Positions 1 to 9,503 are shown, counted from the stretch's first letter. The stretch is 64,000 bases of DNA from an uncultured Gammaproteobacteria bacterium (GCA_964649615.1 CAZYPW010000008.1:574-64573); one strand, 5' to 3'. Notes: generated by a model from the sequence alone, not told the origin. Program-made: numbers and translations.

Positions 1-1673
1 GGCCCATCCAAAATAACCCTGGAGTCGACCATTGATGAAACATTGAAAGCAATTCTGCAGGGAATATTAGCTTTAATTAAACCAGTAATCACATCAACAG
101 AAGGCCTCTGGGTAGCCACCACCAAATGAATGCCTGTAGCCCTGGCAAGTTGGGCAATTCTAGTGATAGCATCCTCAATCTCAACCGGAGCAAACATCAT
201 CAAATCTGCCAGTTCATCCACAATAATCACAATATAAGGCAGGGCCTGAAAACCTGACATTTCATTATATCCACTGATATTTCTGACTCCCACAGATTGG
301 AATAACTTATATCTTCTTTCCATCTCAGCCATGGCCCACTTTAGGGCAGATAAAATCTTTTCTGGTTCAGTAATCACTGGAGTTAATAAATGAGGAATGC
401 CGTTGTAATTTGTTAACTCCACCCTTTTGGGATCAATCAAGATCAATTTTAATTCATCTGGTGAATTCCTAAACAGCAGTGAACCAATGACTGCATTAAG
501 CATGACTGATTTTCCACTCCCCGTGGTTCCCGCAATTAAACAGTGGGGCATCTTATCTATATCCACAATCAAAGGCTTGGAGGCAGTATCTCGCCCCAAT
601 GTAACAGCCAGTTTAGATTTATGCTTACTCATCTCTTCTGATTCTAAAATACCTTTAAGCCCTACTACTTCCAAAGACCTATTAGGCACTTCAATTCCCA
701 CCAGTGATTTGCCTGGAATTGGAGCCTCAATCCTGACAGTTCCAGTAGGGGTGGCTAGCGCCAGGGCAATATCATGCTGCAAATTAGCAATTTTAGAAAT
801 TTTAGTGCCTGCAGCAATTTCTAAGGCATATTGGGTTACAGCTGGACCGCCATTTACCTCAGCCACTCTGGCTTGTATGCCAAAAGAATCTAGGGTTTTT
901 TCAATCACATTGGCATTTTTCTTAACATCTCCCCGCTCTGCTGCAGAACCAACTTTATCAGATAATAATCCTAAGTTGGGATATTTCCAAACTTTAGTTT
1001 GGCCAGCCACATTTTGCACTAGCGTATCAGCAATAATAGTTTCCTTAGGTGCAACTGGGCTGGATTTGACCACAGCTTTTTCTTCCATTCCTGAAACTTT
1101 GATTTTGATGGGGGCATGTTTTATTTCAAAGGAGTCTCTTCTTTTAAATGAAGAAAACAGGGGAGAGAAGATTTGATTTTTTAAAAAATTAAAGAAAAAA
1201 CCAAAAATGGCAAAAATTTGAGAAAGTGAAGCATTAAATAAAACAACCAGTCCTACTAAAAAAACCATTACTAAGACAGCCATTGCCCCAATAGGAGTTA
1301 AAAATAAGGCCAGTTGCTCCCAAAGAGTTTGTCCTATGCTGCCTGCTTTCTCAAAAGAAACAGCAGCTGTGATACCCACAAGGGCTAAAATAATTAAAAT
1401 AAAACCTAGTAACACATTAGTTTGGGCTAGTCTCCATCTAAATCTTGATAAGACTAAGCCTGATAAAGCAAATAAAACAGGGGTAAAAAGATAAGCCCAA
1501 CCCATTAAAGAATAGGTAAATTCTTTCCAAAAAGATAAAACTTGAGAATTTGTGGCTAAAGAGACAGCAGAAATAATTGCCAAAATAAAGGAGACCAGTG
1601 AGCCAACAGCAATAATGGTTCTTTGTTTTAATTTCAACCTGGGGAGCTTATAAATAGATCTTCTGCGGGACAT
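1..1673 (-). CDS. ftsK: FtsK/SpoIIIE DNA translocase, 3'-partial (C-terminus lies beyond the window start)
   Basis: The minus-strand translation starts at 1673. It shows about four N-terminal TM helices, then a motor domain with the Walker A motif LIAGTTGSGKS (around 500-540) and IVDELADLM-like downstream motifs. It is absent from the ORF track because the reading frame runs off the window edge. Confidence 0.75.
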   Translation of the reverse strand, partial: MSRRRSIYKLPRLKLKQRTIIAVGSLVSFILAIISAVSLATNSQVLSFWKEFTYSLMGWAYLFTPVLFALSGLVLSRFRWRLAQTNVLLGFILIILALVGITAAVSFEKAGSIGQTLWEQLALFLTPIGAMAVLVMVFLVGLVVLFNASLSQIFAIFGFFFNFLKNQIFSPLFSSFKRRDSFEIKHAPIKIKVSGMEEKAVVKSSPVAPKETIIADTLVQNVAGQTKVWKYPNLGLLSDKVGSAAERGDVKKNANVIEKTLDSFGIQARVAEVNGGPAVTQYALEIAAGTKISKIANLQHDIALALATPTGTVRIEAPIPGKSLVGIEVPNRSLEVVGLKGILESEEMSKHKSKLAVTLGRDTASKPLIVDIDKMPHCLIAGTTGSGKSVMLNAVIGSLLFRNSPDELKLILIDPKRVELTNYNGIPHLLTPVITEPEKILSALKWAMAEMERRYKLFQSVGVRNISGYNEMSGFQALPYIVIIVDELADLMMFAPVEIEDAITRIAQLARATGIHLVVATQRPSVDVITGLIKANIPCRIAFNVSSMVDSRVILDG

Positions 1674-1704
1674 ATTAAATATTATACCATAAAACTATGG
1701 GTCA

Positions 1705-3396
1705 TTATGACTCAACAATGATCGGTAATACTAGCGGCCTCCTTTCTGTAGTTTGATAAAAAAATTTCTCTAAACAATCCTCTATTAGTTTTCTTAAAAA
1801 TCTCCAGTCTGTAATTTTGTGGGCATGTTTGTCTAAAGTTTCCTTTAAAATGGTTTTTGCTTCATCTAGTATCTCTCCTGCTGTCTCTTCATAAACAAAC
1901 CCCCTGGAAATAATATCAGGCTCTGCTGTTAATTTGCCAGTGTGGGGATCAATTTCTAAAACAGCAATCACAATCCCTTCCTCATTCATCTTCTGCCTAT
2001 CCCTCAATACCACATTGCCTACATCTCCAATTCCTAATCCATCCACATAGACATTTTGCACATCCAAAATTTCCCCTAATTTAATATTTTCTTTTTCTAG
2101 TGCCATGGTCTGCCCATCTTCTACTACTAAGACATGACTGCGCTGATATCCCATATCCTGGGACATCTTGGAAAAAACTCTCATATGTTTAAAAGTACCG
2201 CCTATGGGCAATAAATACTTTGGTTTAATCAAATTGATCATCAGCCTTAACTCCTCTTTGGCTGCGTGCCCAGAGACATGCAAATCTGAGGTAACAGCTG
2301 AATAATAAACATTTACCCCCAGCCTGGTTAAAGAATCAATTAAAGCATTTTGGGCAGATTCAGTGGAGGGAATAGGATCTGCTGAAAATAAGACTGCATC
2401 TCCTTCTTTTAATTTAATCTGTTTATGCTCCTCATTAGCTGCCCGGGATAGGGCAGAACCAGATTGGCCCTGGGATCCAGCAATAAGCACTAAGATTTTT
2501 TTAGGGGAATGACCTGCTATGGCCTCTGGAGTAATTACCAGCTGAGAGGGTATTCTCAAATACCCTAAATCCCGGGATATTTGAAAATTACTTTCAAAAG
2601 AACGCCCTGCTACTGCAATCTTCCTGCCAGTTTTTAAAGCCACATTGACAGCTTGCTGCATTCTGGAAACATTAGATGAAGTCATAGTGATTAACAGTTT
2701 GCCTTCAGTTTCCAAAGAGGCTTTTTCAAAAGTATCCTCAATAGATTTTTCTGATTTATTAAAGCCTTCCTTTTCTACTCTTAAGCAATCTAGCAGCAGT
2801 AAATCTACCCCTTCTTTGCCTAATCTGGCTACCTCTCCCACATCTGTCACCTGGCCTGAAACTGGAGTCCAATCAATCTTAAAATCAGCTTGATGAATAA
2901 CTAATCCTGCTGGAGTCTTAAGCACAATTCCGGTTGAATCAGGCACAGAATGGGAAACCTGGTAAAAAGAAACTTGAAACGCTCCTAAAGTAAGTTTTTG
3001 GTCTATTTTTGTTTCCATGATTTTATCTTTAGGTAAGTTGTGTTCGCTAAATTTATTTTTAATAAAAGCACAGGTTAATTTTTGGCTATAGATAGGAACC
3101 TGCAAAGTCGGCCAGATATAGGGAAGGCCCCCAATATGGTCATCATGGCCGTGAGTAATCAAGATTCCCCTAATTTTGTTTATTTTATCTTTTAGATAAG
3201 TAATGTCCGGGATCACCAAATCTACTCCTGGCGTGCCTTCATCTGGAAAACCTACTCCACAATCCACAATCACTATGTCCGAACCATACTCATAAACATA
3301 CATGTTTTTGGTTACATCACCCACCCCTCCTAAAGGAATTATTTTTAAACTCATGTCTTTATCTGATAAAAATTGTTTAGGTTTAAACATTTTCAT
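1705..3396 (-). CDS. rnj: Ribonuclease J (metallo-beta-lactamase/beta-CASP RNase)
   Basis: The HGHDDHIGG motif and overall beta-lactamase/beta-CASP architecture support the call. The track ORF begins at a TTG at 3414. A more likely start is the ATG at 3396 (MKMFKPK) or at 3354 (MSLKIIPLGG, the typical RNase J N-terminus). Confidence 0.85.
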   Translation of the reverse strand: MKMFKPKQFLSDKDMSLKIIPLGGVGDVTKNMYVYEYGSDIVIVDCGVGFPDEGTPGVDLVIPDITYLKDKINKIRGILITHGHDDHIGGLPYIWPTLQVPIYSQKLTCAFIKNKFSEHNLPKDKIMETKIDQKLTLGAFQVSFYQVSHSVPDSTGIVLKTPAGLVIHQADFKIDWTPVSGQVTDVGEVARLGKEGVDLLLLDCLRVEKEGFNKSEKSIEDTFEKASLETEGKLLITMTSSNVSRMQQAVNVALKTGRKIAVAGRSFESNFQISRDLGYLRIPSQLVITPEAIAGHSPKKILVLIAGSQGQSGSALSRAANEEHKQIKLKEGDAVLFSADPIPSTESAQNALIDSLTRLGVNVYYSAVTSDLHVSGHAAKEELRLMINLIKPKYLLPIGGTFKHMRVFSKMSQDMGYQRSHVLVVEDGQTMALEKENIKLGEILDVQNVYVDGLGIGDVGNVVLRDRQKMNEEGIVIAVLEIDPHTGKLTAEPDIISRGFVYEETAGEILDEAKTILKETLDKHAHKITDWRFLRKLIEDCLEKFFYQTTERRPLVLPIIVES

Positions 3397-3420
3397 AATA
3401 ATCTCAAAACTCAAATGTCA

Positions 3421-3500
3421 AAAGTCAAAACTACAATTAAAAACTTAAAAGTTTTAAGATTTAAGTTTCAGATTTGAGCTTTGAGTTTTGCGGTTTGAGT
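3421..3500. repeat. Imperfect long palindrome built from two inverted 7-nt-periodic arrays (ctcaaaa/gtcaaaa ... ttttaag/atttaag/tttcaga/tttgagc/tttgagt/tttgcgg/tttgagt)
   Basis: Read directly from the sequence between the Lon-like gene end and the rnj start. It is centred on aaaacttaaaagtttt. It belongs to the same heptamer family seen at 57814-57862. Confidence 0.5.
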
Positions 3501-4520
3501 TTATCCAGATAAGTATTCTCCCAAATTAGTAATTTCTATCTTAAATGGCCCTTTTTCCCCTTCCACCAACTTTCTGGCCACCTTTCTGCAAATTCCCTGC
3601 AAAGTTCTCTGCAAAGACCTAATCCCGCCGTCAAATCCTAAGGGCCTGATAATTTGCGGCCAGATGGTCTCATCTATTTTTAGCATACTTCTATCAATTC
3701 CTGCTTCATCCATCGCTTTGGGCAAAAGATAATTTTTGCCTATCACTACCTTTTCCTCATCAGAGTATGAAGGCATTTGAATAGGCTCCAACCGATCCAT
3801 CACAGCCGTGGCTATATTGGTAGTATTATTGGCTGTGGCAATGAATAATACCTGTGATAGATCATAAGGGAAATCTAAATAATGGTCAACAAAAGAATGA
3901 TTCTGGGCAGGATCCAAAAGTTCAACTAAGACTCCCATAATATCTACTCTATATTCTTGGGCCACTCTATCAATTTCATCAAGTAAAATAACTGGATTGG
4001 AAACTTTGGCAGATTGGAGAGCCTTGATAATTAGTCCTACTTCTACATCAGGCCTGGATCTTGACTGGCCTCGCAAAGTAGCTGGATCTCCCAATCCTCC
4101 AAAAGGAATTCTCACAATAGGCCTACCAAGACTTTCAGCAATAGAATAAGCAATAGAGGTTTTACCAGTACCCACCAAACCAATAAAAGCCAGTATGGGA
4201 GCATGAAAAACAGTGGCATTTTTTTGTTTATGCAAGGTTAAAACAGATAAATATTCTAAAATTCTATCTTTGACTGATTGCAAACCAAAGTGTTCTTTAT
4301 CCAAAATTTGTTTGGCCCTGTTAATATCTAAAATATCCTGGGCATATTTGCCAAAAGGGAGCGATAACACAAAATTAGCATAAGAAACTAGCCTTTCAAA
4401 TTCTATGCCAGTTCCTGGAAATTTTAATAAGTTAAGTAATTTTTCTTCTATCTCACCGGATAAATTAGCTTGGGAAATTTTTACTTTTAATTCTTCAACT
4501 GTTGTTTGGGCAGAATCCAT
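3501..4520 (-). CDS. Lon-like AAA+ ATPase lacking the C-terminal protease domain
   Basis: The ORF aligns to the LonA substrate-recognition and ATPase region. It has Walker A GLVGTGKTS, Walker B ILLDEIDRV and a sensor region ending ...GIRSLQRTLQGICRKV. It stops where the Lon protease domain would begin, with 86 nt of non-coding palindrome following. Confidence 0.6.
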   Translation of the reverse strand: MDSAQTTVEELKVKISQANLSGEIEEKLLNLLKFPGTGIEFERLVSYANFVLSLPFGKYAQDILDINRAKQILDKEHFGLQSVKDRILEYLSVLTLHKQKNATVFHAPILAFIGLVGTGKTSIAYSIAESLGRPIVRIPFGGLGDPATLRGQSRSRPDVEVGLIIKALQSAKVSNPVILLDEIDRVAQEYRVDIMGVLVELLDPAQNHSFVDHYLDFPYDLSQVLFIATANNTTNIATAVMDRLEPIQMPSYSDEEKVVIGKNYLLPKAMDEAGIDRSMLKIDETIWPQIIRPLGFDGGIRSLQRTLQGICRKVARKLVEGEKGPFKIEITNLGEYLSG

Positions 4521-4539
4521 ACTTTAGGATATTTTATCA

Positions 4540-6942
4540 CTAACGGTTATATCCGCCACCGCCTCTTCCTCCACCACGATTCCCGCCTTCGCTAAAACTA
4601 CGACGGGCAGGCCTATCAAATCCACCAGACCTTCCGCCAAATCCTCCACTGCTTCTTCTCTCTCCTCCAAAACCACTCCTTGAGCTAGTTCTTCCTCCAC
4701 TTCTTTGGAATCCACCACCAAACCGTGGCCTGGATGAATCTCCAAAAGAAGAACGGGGCCTGAAGCCACCGCTGGAACGGAACCTGTCCGCTTCGCCAGC
4801 CTCGCGTCTAGGCGGGCCAGAGCGAAAACGAGGCGAGCCTTCTGATTGCGGCTTCATATCTGATCCAAAAAGCATAGACAAACCAACTTTTCCATCTGGA
4901 GAAACATCTGTAACTCTAACTTTCACAATTTGGCCTTCAGATACAACATCCTCTGGTTTTTCAACATGACCAGGAGCCATTTGAGAAATATGTACTAATC
5001 CATCTTTTCCAGGAGTAATTTCCACAAATGCTCCAAAAGCAGCTAGTCTCACCACTTTACCCTCAAACTCATCCCCAATATTAACTTTTTTAAACATAGC
5101 TTCAATCTCTACCATGGCATTTTTGACACTATCCTGACCAACTGCTGAAATCGTCACAGTTCCGTCATCCTCAATATCAATTTGAGCTCCGGTTTTGGCA
5201 ATTAACCCATTAATTGTTTTTCCACCAGTCCCAATCAAAAGTCCAATTTCTGATGGATCAATCTTCATTGTTTCAATTCTTGGAGCATACGGAGACATTG
5301 GTCCAACAGCAGGAATAACCTTATTCATATCTTCCAGGATTGCCAATCTGGCTGCTTTACCTTGTTTTAATGCCTCTTCAATAATCTCAAAAGATAACCC
5401 TTCCAGTTTGGTATCCATTTGGATAGCCGTAATTCCGTTTTTAGTGCCGGCAATCTTAAAATCCATTTCCCCATAAAAATCTTCCACAGCTCTCATGTCT
5501 GTAATAACCTGGAATTTTTTGTCATTGGAGAAAAGCCCCATGGCAATTCCGGCCACCGGTGTAATTAAAGGCACACCGGCATTCAAAAGTGCCAGTGAGG
5601 TAGCACAGACATCAGCCTGGGAAGTGGAAGCGTTGGCAGCTAAAACCTCAGAAACAACTCTGATGGCATAAGGAAAAGTATCCTCTGAAGGGATTACCGG
5701 CAGGATAGCTTTTTCTGCTAAACCTCCGTGTCCCACGTCACGCCTGTTAGGAGAACCTATTCTTTTGACCTCACCGACCGAAAAAGGATTAATGCTCATA
5801 TTGTAATAATGCATAAATCTCTTTTTCCTCTCTCCTTCCATACCGTCCAGAGTTTGCTCTAAAGATGGGGCACCCAGGGTAGCTACAGCTAAGACTTGAG
5901 TGTCACCTCTTTTAAACAAAGCGCTGCCGTGTGTTCTGGGCAGAAGCCCCACTTCCATGCTTAAAGGCCTAATTTCTTCCATGGCCCTGCCGTCTACTCT
6001 TTTTTGCTTTTCCAAAACTGTTTCGTGAACTATCTCCTTGGCCACTTTATCAAATATTCCGGAAATTATTTGGGGAGTTAGTTTGTCAGCATATTGAACT
6101 GCCAATTGTTTTTTGATTAAGTCCCCGGTTGCCTCATGCCATGGATGATCATTGTCAAACAAAGCTGCTTCAATCCTGTCTTTGGTAAGTTTGGTGACCT
6201 CTGTTAATAATGCTTCTTCCAAAGCCTCATCAATATGTGATATTTCCATCTTTACTTTGCCTGCTTCTTTGGTAAATTCTTCTATTAAAGCAATTATTTC
6301 TTGAGACTGTTTATGTGCTTCTTTGATACCGTCAAATACAATTTTGTCATCAACCTGCTTGGCTCCTGTTTCTATCATGACTACTTTCTCGCTACCAGAT
6401 GCCACCAACAGCTCCATATTTAAAGATTCGTATTGATCCATAGTCGGATTAATAATTAAAGTTCCGTCTTTTTCACCAACTCTGACTCCGGCAATAGGCC
6501 CATTCCAGGGAATAGATGAGATGGAAAGTGCAGCTGATGCGCCAATTAAACCCAAAATGTCCGGGTCATTGCTCTGGTCAAAAGATAACACACTCAAAAT
6601 TACCTGAACTTCATTCATCTTAAATTCTTTGGGGAAGAGTGGCCTGATTGATCTATCTATTAGCCTAGCTGTTAAAATAGATTCATCTGTAGGCCTGGCT
6701 TCTCTTTTAATAAATTTAGACGAGGAGATTTTGCCTCCGGCGTAATGTTTTTCAACATACTCAACAGACAAAGGAAAGTATCCTATATCTTCTTTTAAGG
6801 ATTGAGTCGCCACAGTTGCCAAAACAACTGTTTCACCCCAAGTTAGAAGAACAGATGCATCAGCCTGTTGGGCAAGACGCCCAGTTTCCAGTACTAATTT
6901 TCTACCATTTAAATCTATTTCTTTTTTTACTATTTTGTTCAT
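4540..6942 (-). CDS. pnp: Polynucleotide phosphorylase with a roughly 100-aa Arg/Gly/Ser-rich (RGG-like) C-terminal extension
   Basis: Two RNase PH domains, a KH domain (GKTINGLIAKTGAQIDIEDDG) and an S1 domain are present. The tail reads RFRSGPPRREAGE...GGRGGGGYNR. rpsO lies upstream, the classic rpsO-pnp arrangement. Confidence 0.9.
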   Translation of the reverse strand: MNKIVKKEIDLNGRKLVLETGRLAQQADASVLLTWGETVVLATVATQSLKEDIGYFPLSVEYVEKHYAGGKISSSKFIKREARPTDESILTARLIDRSIRPLFPKEFKMNEVQVILSVLSFDQSNDPDILGLIGASAALSISSIPWNGPIAGVRVGEKDGTLIINPTMDQYESLNMELLVASGSEKVVMIETGAKQVDDKIVFDGIKEAHKQSQEIIALIEEFTKEAGKVKMEISHIDEALEEALLTEVTKLTKDRIEAALFDNDHPWHEATGDLIKKQLAVQYADKLTPQIISGIFDKVAKEIVHETVLEKQKRVDGRAMEEIRPLSMEVGLLPRTHGSALFKRGDTQVLAVATLGAPSLEQTLDGMEGERKKRFMHYYNMSINPFSVGEVKRIGSPNRRDVGHGGLAEKAILPVIPSEDTFPYAIRVVSEVLAANASTSQADVCATSLALLNAGVPLITPVAGIAMGLFSNDKKFQVITDMRAVEDFYGEMDFKIAGTKNGITAIQMDTKLEGLSFEIIEEALKQGKAARLAILEDMNKVIPAVGPMSPYAPRIETMKIDPSEIGLLIGTGGKTINGLIAKTGAQIDIEDDGTVTISAVGQDSVKNAMVEIEAMFKKVNIGDEFEGKVVRLAAFGAFVEITPGKDGLVHISQMAPGHVEKPEDVVSEGQIVKVRVTDVSPDGKVGLSMLFGSDMKPQSEGSPRFRSGPPRREAGEADRFRSSGGFRPRSSFGDSSRPRFGGGFQRSGGRTSSRSGFGGERRSSGGFGGRSGGFDRPARRSFSEGGNRGGGRGGGGYNR

Positions 6943-7109
6943 AATATTTTGTCATTCCGCACTTAATGCGGAATCTATACAAATATTGTTTTTGGAATTT
7001 GGAAACTGTAGAAAAGGTAATTAGCTTTTTGCTAACTAACTCTTTGCAATCCCCAAACTCCTGATAATTATTTATGAATCCCTGATCAAGCCAGGGATGA
7101 CACTACGTG
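6943..7109 (-). promoter_or_regulatory. rpsO-pnp intergenic leader with three hairpins
   Basis: Seen in sequence: atccctg-N7-cagggat, then gacac-tac-gtgtc just after the rpsO stop; and attccgca-cttaa-tgcggaat just before the pnp start. This resembles the processed/attenuating pnp leader of other bacteria. Confidence 0.4.
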
Positions 7110-7379
7110 TCACTTTGATAATCCTAACTTATCTATCACTATTGTATATCTTTCGTTATCTTTTTTAAACAAATACTGCAGCAGTCTTCTTCTTTTGTTC
7201 ACCATAGATAAAAGTCCGCGCCTTGAATGAACATCATGAGTGTGCTCTTTTAAGTGCGCAGTTAAATTTTTAACCTGCTCAGTCAGAAGTGCAACCTGGA
7301 CTTCAGGAGAACCTGTATCGCCAGACTTGGTAGCAAATTCCTTAATGATTTTCTGCTTTATCTTTGGGTCTAATGGCAT
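7110..7379 (-). CDS. rpsO: 30S ribosomal protein S15
   Basis: The 89-aa product has the S15 signature ...[39 protein letters not shown]... and sits immediately upstream of pnp. Confidence 0.9.
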   Translation of the reverse strand: MPLDPKIKQKIIKEFATKSGDTGSPEVQVALLTEQVKNLTAHLKEHTHDVHSRRGLLSMVNKRRRLLQYLFKKDNERYTIVIDKLGLSK

Positions 7380-7421
7380 CTAAACCTTTCTTGGGAAAAC
7401 ATTGGTGCCATAAAAGTAATC

Positions 7422-7470
7422 CCTAAATTAATTTAGGGGTATTCTAACAGAAATAAACAAAATATGCAAG
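7422..7470 (-). promoter_or_regulatory. Putative rpsO promoter plus leader palindrome
   Basis: On the minus strand a -35 TTGCAT (7465-7470) is followed by a 17-nt spacer and a -10 TAGAAT (7442-7447). An 18-bp perfect palindrome ccctaaattaatttaggg (7422-7439) overlaps the predicted TSS. An SD AAAGG precedes the ATG. Confidence 0.45.
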
Positions 7471-7480
7471 GGTGGCTTGT

Positions 7481-8326
7481 TTAAGAACGGAATTTCTTGA
7501 AGTAAAGATAAACGCCTGCTCCAAACAGCAGTGGCAGGACTACCCATATCCAATTTCTAATATCGATACCTTTTTTTGGTTGAACCTGGTCATCAGAGGT
7601 TGATACAGCTTTTACTTCTCCCTCCAATCTTTCTTCACCAATACCCACATTTCCCTGTGTATCTTCATTGGTTGTTGCTCCTAAAACTCCTGGGGCAAAT
7701 CCTGCTGCAGGAGGAGATACTCCCAAAACTGAATTTTACGGTACAAGTTTTGGGATCTTCTATTCCATCAGATGTCCAAGTAGTTCCGTCAACAGATCTA
7801 ACTACGTTTAAAGTTTGCCCATTAAGAGCTGTTCCAACATAGATATTTAAAGTAATAGGTGTGGAAAATGTCAACCCAATGTTGGGTATTCCCCACTGCA
7901 TTGCTCCATCTGCCACCACTCCTGTCCCCAAACCGGTTAAAGAGCTGGTCGAAACATCAGATGAGGTGAGGGCGCTGGCATCTAAATTTGTGCCGTCTGT
8001 TTTGGTAATAACAGTACATAAGTTTGGTTTAATACTACATTATTAATAGTGGTGGAAAATCCATCCTCATTAGTTTGCCATACAGGCGGGGCAAGAGAGA
8101 CGCTGCTTTGGTTTTCGGTGGAAGTAGTATCAATTACTGCTGACTGCGTGGCTGGCGGAGTAGTTAAATTCTGATCTACCACAGTTTCAGGAGTTGGCTC
8201 TGGTAATGGGGAAGATTCCAGTGTGGCTTCTGCTGTCTGTTCCTGTTCAGCAGACGGAGTAGCTTCCTGGGCGTAAACAGGGAAGGCTGCTGCTAAAGGG
8301 GTTAGAGAATTAAATAATAAGGACAA
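7481..8326 (-). pseudogene. Frameshift-disrupted gene for a secreted, membrane-anchored surface protein
   Basis: Three consecutive minus-strand ORFs (7982-8326, 7665-7931, 7481-7726) sit in different frames and read as one protein. It has an N-terminal signal peptide (MSLLFNSLTPLAAAFPVYAQE), a Pro/Thr-rich linker, a Thr/Gly-rich domain and a C-terminal TM helix with a KKFRS tail. The frame switches fall near homopolymer runs at about 7990-8040 and 7725-7760. Confidence 0.4.
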
Positions 8327-8411
8327 AGCAGCAACAGCTGAAATTATTTTTTTCTGAACTTATTCACAAGGGTAACTTCCTTATGCACTCTATAGCTACG
8401 AATTGTCAAAT

Positions 8412-9449
8412 TTAACCCAAAGAAGAGCCTTTAAAGATTTTTGGGGTCAGCCATTCTGGTTCCACTGTTTCAGAAACAACTCCTTCAGCTGATGGCCTTT
8501 CTTCAGGAGAAGGCTGGGTGCTGTGGTCATCACCCACATCAACATATCTTGAAGCAGCTGACGGGACAACTGGAGGCACAGTAAATGAGCTATCCTGGTC
8601 TGAAGGTGTAGATTGAGGCATCAAAGCAGACCAGTCAAAATTTGGTTTACCCTGAGCGGAGTCAAAGGACCCGCCTAGACTTACGCTAGTCGAGGCTGGT
8701 TTTTTGCCTCCTACCCGTAAACAATTAGCCACAGCCATGTAAGTTTCAGCTGTCACTTTATCTCCTGTTAAATTTAAGGTGGCTGCAAAGATGCCGACCA
8801 AAAGGTTAGAAGCAGCATCAGCATCTAAACTAAACCCTAAATCAGAGATTAAATTTACTAACATCTCAGATAAGGATGAAACATTGGCATCTAAAACATT
8901 AGTTTGGCCAAAGCTGGTATTAGCAGATTGAGTATCTACATTAACAATATGTGTACCAGAAAAAGCCTGTTGATTGCCCTGATAAATATTTCCTAAAGCA
9001 TTTAAATTAACTGCACCTATTACAAAAATTAAATTAAAGCCACTGCCTTGATAATGGGACACAATCCTGGCTGGCTGGAAAGTCTGATTAGGCAAAACAT
9101 GGAAGACTAAATTTAAATTATTATTTTCTGCTGCCCAATCCAATTTTTCCAAAGCTGGAATAGTGTTATCAGAAGCAGCCACTCCTTCTAAAGTAATAGT
9201 CAGATTTCCACCATCAGTTTTAGGAAGGCTTTTTTGGACATGGTCTACTCCAAAAAGATGGCCTGAAGAAACTTTAATATCATCATCAGAAACTATAGAA
9301 ACCTGTTTGCCAAGTGATTCTAAAACTAAAAATAAAGCTAAAGCAGCTGCCATTTTATCTATATCCGCATCTTTTGGAATGGCAATTAGAATTGATTTGG
9401 CAGTTGGCAGTAAATTCTTAAGTTCCACAATTTGTGAATCGTATTTCAT
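8412..9449 (-). CDS. DHH/DHHA1-family phosphoesterase-like protein (NrnA/CnpB-like, catalytic motifs possibly degenerate) with a disordered C-terminal tail
   Basis: The N-terminal DHH-like region reads ILIAIPKDADIDKMAAALAL...VSDDD...GVDHV. Its position directly downstream of infB matches where a DHH phosphoesterase follows rbfA in actinobacteria. Confidence 0.45.
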   Translation of the reverse strand: MKYDSQIVELKNLLPTAKSILIAIPKDADIDKMAAALALFLVLESLGKQVSIVSDDDIKVSSGHLFGVDHVQKSLPKTDGGNLTITLEGVAASDNTIPALEKLDWAAENNNLNLVFHVLPNQTFQPARIVSHYQGSGFNLIFVIGAVNLNALGNIYQGNQQAFSGTHIVNVDTQSANTSFGQTNVLDANVSSLSEMLVNLISDLGFSLDADAASNLLVGIFAATLNLTGDKVTAETYMAVANCLRVGGKKPASTSVSLGGSFDSAQGKPNFDWSALMPQSTPSDQDSSFTVPPVVPSAASRYVDVGDDHSTQPSPEERPSAEGVVSETVEPEWLTPKIFKGSSLG

Positions 9450-9503
9450 TGATTGAGGCAGTTATGCTTGAAATTTTACCTTAATATCCCATAATAGTCA
9501 AGC

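Noticed and set aside
427-1176. 249-aa plus-strand ORF
   Set aside because: It is antisense to the ftsK motor domain (Walker A on the opposite strand). The translation is low-complexity with no motifs.
2645-2893. 82-aa plus-strand ORF
   Set aside because: It is antisense to rnj. It is a shadow ORF.
3421-3500. Possible CRISPR-like array, from short repeated units
   Set aside because: The units are 7 nt with no spacers. They are inverted as well as direct. There are no cas genes nearby. It is a heptamer minisatellite palindrome, not CRISPR.
4524-4769. 81-aa minus-strand ORF
   Set aside because: It is an alternative frame of the GC-rich RGG tail of pnp. It is an E/V-rich artefact.
5195-5476. 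93-aa plus-strand ORF
   Set aside because: It is antisense to pnp.
7576-8046. Two plus-strand ORFs (88 aa and 61 aa)
   Set aside because: They are antisense to the frameshifted surface-protein gene and have no motifs.
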